Source: Candidatus Micrarchaeia archaeon
GTDB taxonomy: Archaea > Micrarchaeota > Micrarchaeia > Micrarchaeales > CABMGC01
Assembly (NCBI GenBank): GCA_049966395.1
Contig: JBMFUT010000007.1
Location: 1-29,859 of the forward strand
DNA: 29,859 nucleotides
Reading direction: 5' to 3'
How positions within the stretch are numbered: position 1 is the stretch's first letter; every line of letters starts with the position of its first letter. The position numbers were made by a program, and so were the translations under genes. Positions 26,362-29,859 of the stretch are shown here, in pieces. The notes under the pieces were generated by a model that did not search any database, had not been told where the DNA came from, and was given only the letters and a program-made list of their open reading frames with translations.

Positions 26362-27927
26362 CTAAACACCGGTAAGCCCCTGCTGCCCAGCCGCCGCTTT
26401 TAGCTTTTCTTCAAGCTTGGCGTTTATGGAGCTTATTATCGCGAGCATCTTTCTTTCTCTCTGCCTCGATACATATAAATATATTTGGTCTTTTGTGTCT
26501 TTGGCAACGAGTATTACAATTTCGCCAGCCCTAAACCTTCCAGTCCTGCCCCTTCTTTGTATGTTCCTTATCTCGTTCGGTATGGGCTCGTAGAAGACTA
26601 CCAGGTCAACGCTTGGTATGTCCAACCCCTCCTCCCCTATTGAGCTTGCGACAAGCACGTCAAACTTGCCTTCCCTGAAGTCGGCTATTGTCTGCTTTTG
26701 CTGCTCTTGCGTCACGCCCTCTTTCTTGCCCACGAACGCCCTTGCGTTGAAACCCGCCGCATTTAGCTTGTCTACAAGCATCTTTATGGTCGATCTGTAC
26801 TGTGCAAAAACTATAATGCCTTTTTTCTGCCCCTGCCTGTCTCGCACTTCCTTAAGCAAAGCATCTACTTTAGGGTGCTCAACCCCATTTCTTATATACT
26901 CCTCAGCTAGCTGCATGGCAGATATTACATTCTTGCTGTCAAGGAGGGAGCTCACTGCTCTACCTTTGTTTTCCCTTGCTGCAAGGCCCTTGAAATAGTA
27001 AAGGAATGGGGCAAGCCCCTCTGTCTCAAGCAAGTCGTAGGCGTGCATCAGGTTTAGCAGCTTGATGTAGTTAGCGAGCGCTCCAAACTTGAAGTTTCTC
27101 GCACTTATCTTGTTTATCAAGTTTCCAAGCTCTATGAGCCTGCCTTTAGGTATGCGCTCGAACTTCCTTATGTTTATGAGTCCCATCTTGTTCAGCCCTT
27201 CGAGGCTGCTCTCTATTTCTGGCTTCAGCAGTGCCCCTATTTTGTTTACTATCTCCGATTTCTCTACCTCAACAACGCTTACGTATTTTGGCATGACATA
27301 TTTTATCACGTCCTCGTCAGTGCTTATCCTAGCTTCTATCGCTTGTATGTTGAGCGCGTCGATGAGCGTCGACACCTTCTCTCTTTTGCCACCTGGCGAA
27401 GCAGTGAGTCCTATCACTTGTATACCTTTCATGCTGCACTCGTTCGCTATGTAAGTGTAGGCATACTTACCGACAGCCTTGTGGCACTCGTCAAATATCA
27501 CAACGTCAAATCCTTCTAGAGAAAGGTTGCCGCTCTTAAGATCGTTCGCCACCGTCTGTGGCGTAGCTACTATTACAGATGCCATTTCTTCCATCTCCGC
27601 CCTTTTTCTTTTGACCATTGCACCTGTAAGGAGCAGTACTTTGCTTTCGTCTATTTTGAGCAGCTGCCTTAACGTCGCATAATGCTGTTCGCTAAGCGGC
27701 TTCGTAGGTGCAAGCATCATCGCCTTCTTGCCTATCGAAAGCGCCCTCGCTATCGCGAAAGCTCCTATGAGCGTCTTGCCGAGTCCAGTGGGGAGAACTA
27801 CCAGCGTGTTCCTTCCCTTGAGAATATTCTTTGTGATGTTGAACTGGTATTCCCGGAACTCTATACCATCGAGATTTAAAAACTTGGTCGCATCGCCAAG
27901 ATCTTGCCATCTCTTATCCTCCGCCAT
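26362..27927 (-). CDS. hef: Hef/FANCM/Mph1-family SF2 helicase lacking the C-terminal ERCC4 nuclease domain
   Basis: REYQ, LPTGLGKT, APTKPL, ATPQ, DECH, TASPG, HPK, EEGLDIP, QRRGRTGR. Ends about 55 aa after motif VI. Start is 27927 or 27975. Confidence 0.88.
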   Translation of the reverse strand: MAEDKRWQDLGDATKFLNLDGIEFREYQFNITKNILKGRNTLVVLPTGLGKTLIGAFAIARALSIGKKAMMLAPTKPLSEQHYATLRQLLKIDESKVLLLTGAMVKRKRAEMEEMASVIVATPQTVANDLKSGNLSLEGFDVVIFDECHKAVGKYAYTYIANECSMKGIQVIGLTASPGGKREKVSTLIDALNIQAIEARISTDEDVIKYVMPKYVSVVEVEKSEIVNKIGALLKPEIESSLEGLNKMGLINIRKFERIPKGRLIELGNLINKISARNFKFGALANYIKLLNLMHAYDLLETEGLAPFLYYFKGLAARENKGRAVSSLLDSKNVISAMQLAEEYIRNGVEHPKVDALLKEVRDRQGQKKGIIVFAQYRSTIKMLVDKLNAAGFNARAFVGKKEGVTQEQQKQTIADFREGKFDVLVASSIGEEGLDIPSVDLVVFYEPIPNEIRNIQRRGRTGRFRAGEIVILVAKDTKDQIYLYVSRQRERKMLAIISSINAKLEEKLKAAAGQQGLTGV

Positions 27928-28126
27928 GATACCATTTGCAATATTTCGCCTTATAACCTTTTCTGCTTGCTGCATTTCTGCAATTATACTTAAACTTGGC
28001 TGGAAGTTAGGAGGATAAAATTGGTAATAGCATATCCAGCGTCGCCATCAAGTGGCGCAGCCACTGTACTACGAATCTTGTTTGATGAAACAGCTAAAAT
28101 TAGAAACGTTTACATTATGTTTCATC

Positions 28127-28441
28127 TTATTTTTGGTAATAGTTCAATAAATAGTCATCAATCTTAGATTTTATTTCTTCAATTATTCCGAACCGCATAA
28201 GCCTGAACTTGTTTTTTATGAATTCATCGCGCTTTTCAATAAGCATCTCGCTGTTTTTGGCGGTGAACAGAACTTTGTCCTTGTTGTCTAATAGATATTC
28301 GAAGAAATTGAAGTCCGGATCCTCAGAAACTTCACTTTTCAAAAATTGCGACAGTTTTCTATACTTAGAAAGGTACAGCATTTCAATTAAGTAATTGCGC
28401 AGATCGTAATATGTATATTTCTTCAAACAACCACCGTTCAC
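28127..28441 (-). CDS. Hypothetical protein (low GC), coupled to the upstream glycosyltransferase
   Basis: GTG start overlaps the TGA of the upstream gene. Alternative TTG start at 28426 after GGTGGT. Lys/Glu/Tyr-rich, 104 aa. Confidence 0.6.
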   Translation of the reverse strand: MNGGCLKKYTYYDLRNYLIEMLYLSKYRKLSQFLKSEVSEDPDFNFFEYLLDNKDKVLFTAKNSEMLIEKRDEFIKNKFRLMRFGIIEEIKSKIDDYLLNYYQK

Positions 28442-29607
28442 AGCTCCCTATCCAATAGCTGCTCACTTCCATATTTTGATTCTTTGTTGATAACCTCCTT
28501 GATCATCTTTAAGAAATTTGCCCCACCTGATTCTATGTCAAATTTTTCTACGCTTTCCAAGGCCTTATTCTTCATCGAACTCAGGTCCATGCTTGCCATT
28601 TGCATCATTTTTTCGGCTAGATCCTTGTAATCCAATCTTTTATAGATCATACCATTGACGTTATCTTTCACTATGGCATTTATATCCGAAGTAAAGAATC
28701 TGTCCAATCTGGCACCAGAAAACGGGTCTATTTTCTCGTTGAATTCATCATCTATCAGCACAGGAACCCCAGACGCCAAAGAAATAATTATCTGCTTAAG
28801 GTCCAAATGCTTCATAGGCGCCATAAAGGAAAATCTATGCTCCCTTAAATATGATATATACAATTCCCTTGGAAGTATAGGAATAAATCTAAAGTACTCC
28901 AAGAGTTTCTTCTTCCTAAGCACCTCTTGAAAACTTTCTTTGTCCCCTCCACTTGCAGTAATTTCTATCAGCAAGTCGTTTGTTTCTAGGAAATCCGTAT
29001 CTTTTACTATGTAATCTACAGCCTTTACAATCAAGTCAAGATTCGTTTGGCGTGAGCTCAACCTGGAGAAGAAAAGTATTGGTTTTTTAGGGTCGTCTTT
29101 CAATTGCTCGTTTGAGCGTACGAAGTATGCATGGTCTATGAATGGTAGCATCCTCTTTATTGCTTCGTTTTCCCCGAATAGCTTCTTTGCCAGCAGCTCA
29201 TCTTCGTGCGAAAACACCACATACATGTCGATGTTGCCTACCAATTTGGTGAAATTCCGCTTTATTCTTTGGAATGGGAAATCGAATATTGAAACCTTAG
29301 CCGCCAAATCTTTGATAAACTCAAATTTGTCCACAAATATTATTATGGGATTTACCCTTGTCCTCTTGATGTACTCGTTTATGAACGGAAAGTCCATAGG
29401 GCTGAAAGTTATTATCATGTTATATATTTTTTTCAGAACAGCTTCGCGTGTCTGTACTGAAATCTCTTTCGGCTTGTCATAATACAGATTTTTGTATAAG
29501 CTTACGTCAAAGCCTGCCCTGGCTAATACCTTGTAATAGTTGAATGATTCGTAATAGTTCTCCCCTCCGGGCAAATACACTCCGGTGTCAACCATTAGAA
29601 CTTTCAT
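28438..29607 (-). CDS. GT-B-fold glycosyltransferase (GT4-like), degenerate
   Basis: N-terminal MKVLMV...PGGE, LFFSRL, SLASGVPVL, IVKDNVNGMI, DLAEKM. TATA TTTTATAA about 23 nt upstream of the ATG. Confidence 0.75.
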   Translation of the reverse strand: MKVLMVDTGVYLPGGENYYESFNYYKVLARAGFDVSLYKNLYYDKPKEISVQTREAVLKKIYNMIITFSPMDFPFINEYIKRTRVNPIIIFVDKFEFIKDLAAKVSIFDFPFQRIKRNFTKLVGNIDMYVVFSHEDELLAKKLFGENEAIKRMLPFIDHAYFVRSNEQLKDDPKKPILFFSRLSSRQTNLDLIVKAVDYIVKDTDFLETNDLLIEITASGGDKESFQEVLRKKKLLEYFRFIPILPRELYISYLREHRFSFMAPMKHLDLKQIIISLASGVPVLIDDEFNEKIDPFSGARLDRFFTSDINAIVKDNVNGMIYKRLDYKDLAEKMMQMASMDLSSMKNKALESVEKFDIESGGANFLKMIKEVINKESKYGSEQLLDREL

Positions 29608-29712
29608 GATTTAATGTTCTCAGTTAAACTTATAAAAGCTTGCGCAGTATCAGTCCTGTAACTGAAAAATCAGCAATACGAAAAAGTTCAGATTCGTGCA
29701 AAATAAATAGCA

Positions 29713-29721
29713 TTTTATAAG
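29713..29721 (+). promoter_or_regulatory. TATA box of the tRNA-Phe gene
   Basis: TTTTATAAG ends 27 nt before the mature tRNA 5' end. Confidence 0.7.
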
Positions 29722-29747
29722 TTTTTCGCACAAAATGATTAGCGTGT

Positions 29748-29859
29748 GCCGCAGTAGCTCAGTCCGGGAGAGCGTCCGGCTGAAGTAAGGCTTCTTAAAA
29801 AGGAGTTTTGTCAAGAAGCAGAAACCGGAATGTCGTCGGTTCAAATCCGACCTGCGGCA
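29748..29859 (+). tRNA. trnF: tRNA-Phe(GAA) with a 38-nt intron at canonical position 37/38; no CCA visible within the window
   Basis: Acceptor GCCGCAG/CTGCGGC plus discriminator A. D arm GCTC/GAGC. Anticodon stem TCCGG/CCGGA with CT-GAA-G|A. T arm GTCGG-TTCAAAT-CCGAC. Confidence 0.96.
29786..29823 (+). other. tRNA intron with relaxed bulge-helix-loop splice motif
   Basis: Removing 29786-29823 restores a 7-nt anticodon loop. The intron folds as GCTTCTT/AAGAAGC. C32-U33-G34 can pair with intron CAG, leaving an AA|A 3' bulge. Confidence 0.88.

Noticed and set aside
2371..29482. Numerous 60-200 aa antisense or alternate-frame ORFs (e.g. 2371..2781, 4896..5378, 14063..14635, 14733..15353, 26618..26998)
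   Set aside because: All lie within well-supported genes, have Ser/Phe/Ile-rich mirror composition and show no motifs. They are codon-bias shadows.
29650..29844. 64-aa minus-strand ORF
   Set aside because: Antisense to the tRNA-Phe gene and its promoter.
1..29859. Transposase, integrase, provirus or defence-system genes
   Set aside because: No ORF shows DDE, tyrosine/serine recombinase, capsid, Cas or restriction-modification motifs, and no terminal inverted repeats with target duplications were seen.

Overview
Compact archaeal chromosomal segment. Evidence for archaea: Top6A, membrane-anchored LonB, Hel308, Hef-type helicase, AglB, SelB-like factor, TATA-box promoters, GGTGA-type Shine-Dalgarno sites and an intron-containing tRNA. 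The divergent proteins, tight packing and relaxed tRNA splice motif suggest a DPANN lineage such as Micrarchaeota (inference, not proven). Gene order: GT-C-like membrane protein, prs, alpha/beta hydrolase, small membrane protein, lone TadA/VirB11-type ATPase, top6A-lonB, ABC-2 exporter with frameshifted ATPase, winged-helix-like protein, Cys-rich HTH regulator + sufB-sufD-sufC-sufS, DUF488, hel308, candidate small RNA hairpin, SelB-like factor, two hypotheticals, atypical AglB, GDGT-ring-synthase-like radical SAM enzyme, cation:proton antiporter, nuclease-less Hef helicase, a low-GC two-gene block with a degenerate GT4 glycosyltransferase, and tRNA-Phe(GAA) with a 38-nt intron ending at the last base. 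No CRISPR array, transposase or integrase was seen. Best leads: (1) a putative Fe-S/metal-sensing regulator with a perfect 17-bp operator heading a bacterial-type SUF operon; (2) an unannotated ~60-nt hairpin RNA with its own TATA box and U-tract; (3) a Grs-like lipid cyclase in a probable host-dependent archaeon; (4) an AglB whose WWDxG motif reads LWPDG.
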